From: a virus
Taxonomy: Duplodnaviria; Caudoviricetes
Direction: 5' to 3' (one strand)
DNA length: 64,000 bases
IMG/VR virus record: IMGVR_UViG_3300021431_000079
Span: 64,001 to 128,000 of that record
The notes below the pieces were generated by a model. That model was not told the DNA's origin. It saw nothing but the letters and a program-made list of their open reading frames with translations, and ran no database searches. The translations under genes and the position numbers were made by a program. This document shows, piece after piece, positions 63,849 to 64,000 of this stretch. Positions within the stretch are counted from its first letter, which is position 1, and each line of letters opens with the position of its first letter.

Positions 63849-64000
63849 TTAGTTGCTCGGCAGTAATGATTTTATCTTACCGCCAATAAGGTTACCAATC
63901 CGTTCCCGTCCTTTTTCGTTCGGATGTGTTCCATCATCAGCCGGATAGAAATAAAGCCTTGTAAACGGGTTAAAACTTGTTTCATGATAAAGGTCAAGAA
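63849..64000 (-). CDS. C-terminal fragment of an SGNH/GDSL hydrolase domain (partial; probably a tail-associated module)
   Basis: LDLYHE...DDGTHPNEKGRERIG (DxxH block V). Confidence 0.65.
   Translation of the reverse strand, partial: LDLYHETSFNPFTRLYFYPADDGTHPNEKGRERIGNLIGGKIKSLLPSN

Noticed and set aside
1-64000. Alternative genetic code (stop-codon recoding)
   Set aside because: Long conserved genes are intact under code 11, all three stop codons end genes, and no suppressor tRNA was seen.

Overview
This AT-rich window comes from a large, probably temperate, tailed phage of Firmicutes (Clostridia/Lachnospiraceae-like; SPbeta/c-st-like gene content). The host and lifestyle are inferred. 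Layout: (1) 1-9345, replication block: DnaB-like helicase, primase, PD-(D/E)XK nuclease, DnaE, RecD2. (2) 9386-14483, a tRNA/ncRNA island under its own promoter, with about 7 plausible tRNAs, 2 chimeric tRNAs, several pseudo-tRNAs and one DUF2828 (TROVE/Ro60-like, vWA) gene. (3) About 14.7-53.8 kb, accessory and nucleotide-metabolism genes: DNA ligase, vWA + PurA-like cluster, NT5C, ThyX-like, nucleotidyltransferase, Thg1, NrdH/D/G, radical SAM, dUTPase, RNA ligase, plus two unusual small-gene arrays. (4) A large serine recombinase. (5) Minus-strand lysis and tail-fibre genes and a tyrosine recombinase. Two candidate undescribed systems stand out. (A) Eight copies of a covarying small RNA (7-bp stem + 2 nt + ACAGCAA + variable cargo + stem + G) surround the Ro60-like gene; one copy carries a whole tRNA cloverleaf and others carry anticodon-like loops, suggesting a phage Ro/Y-RNA-like tRNA-mimic system. 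(B) About 20 tiny gene or ncRNA cassettes are joined by YTAAA(A)GG-type junctions whose best copy (TTAAAGGACGCTTT) recurs as a direct repeat beside the tyrosine recombinase, suggesting integron-like cassette capture. All family assignments come from motif recognition, not database searches.
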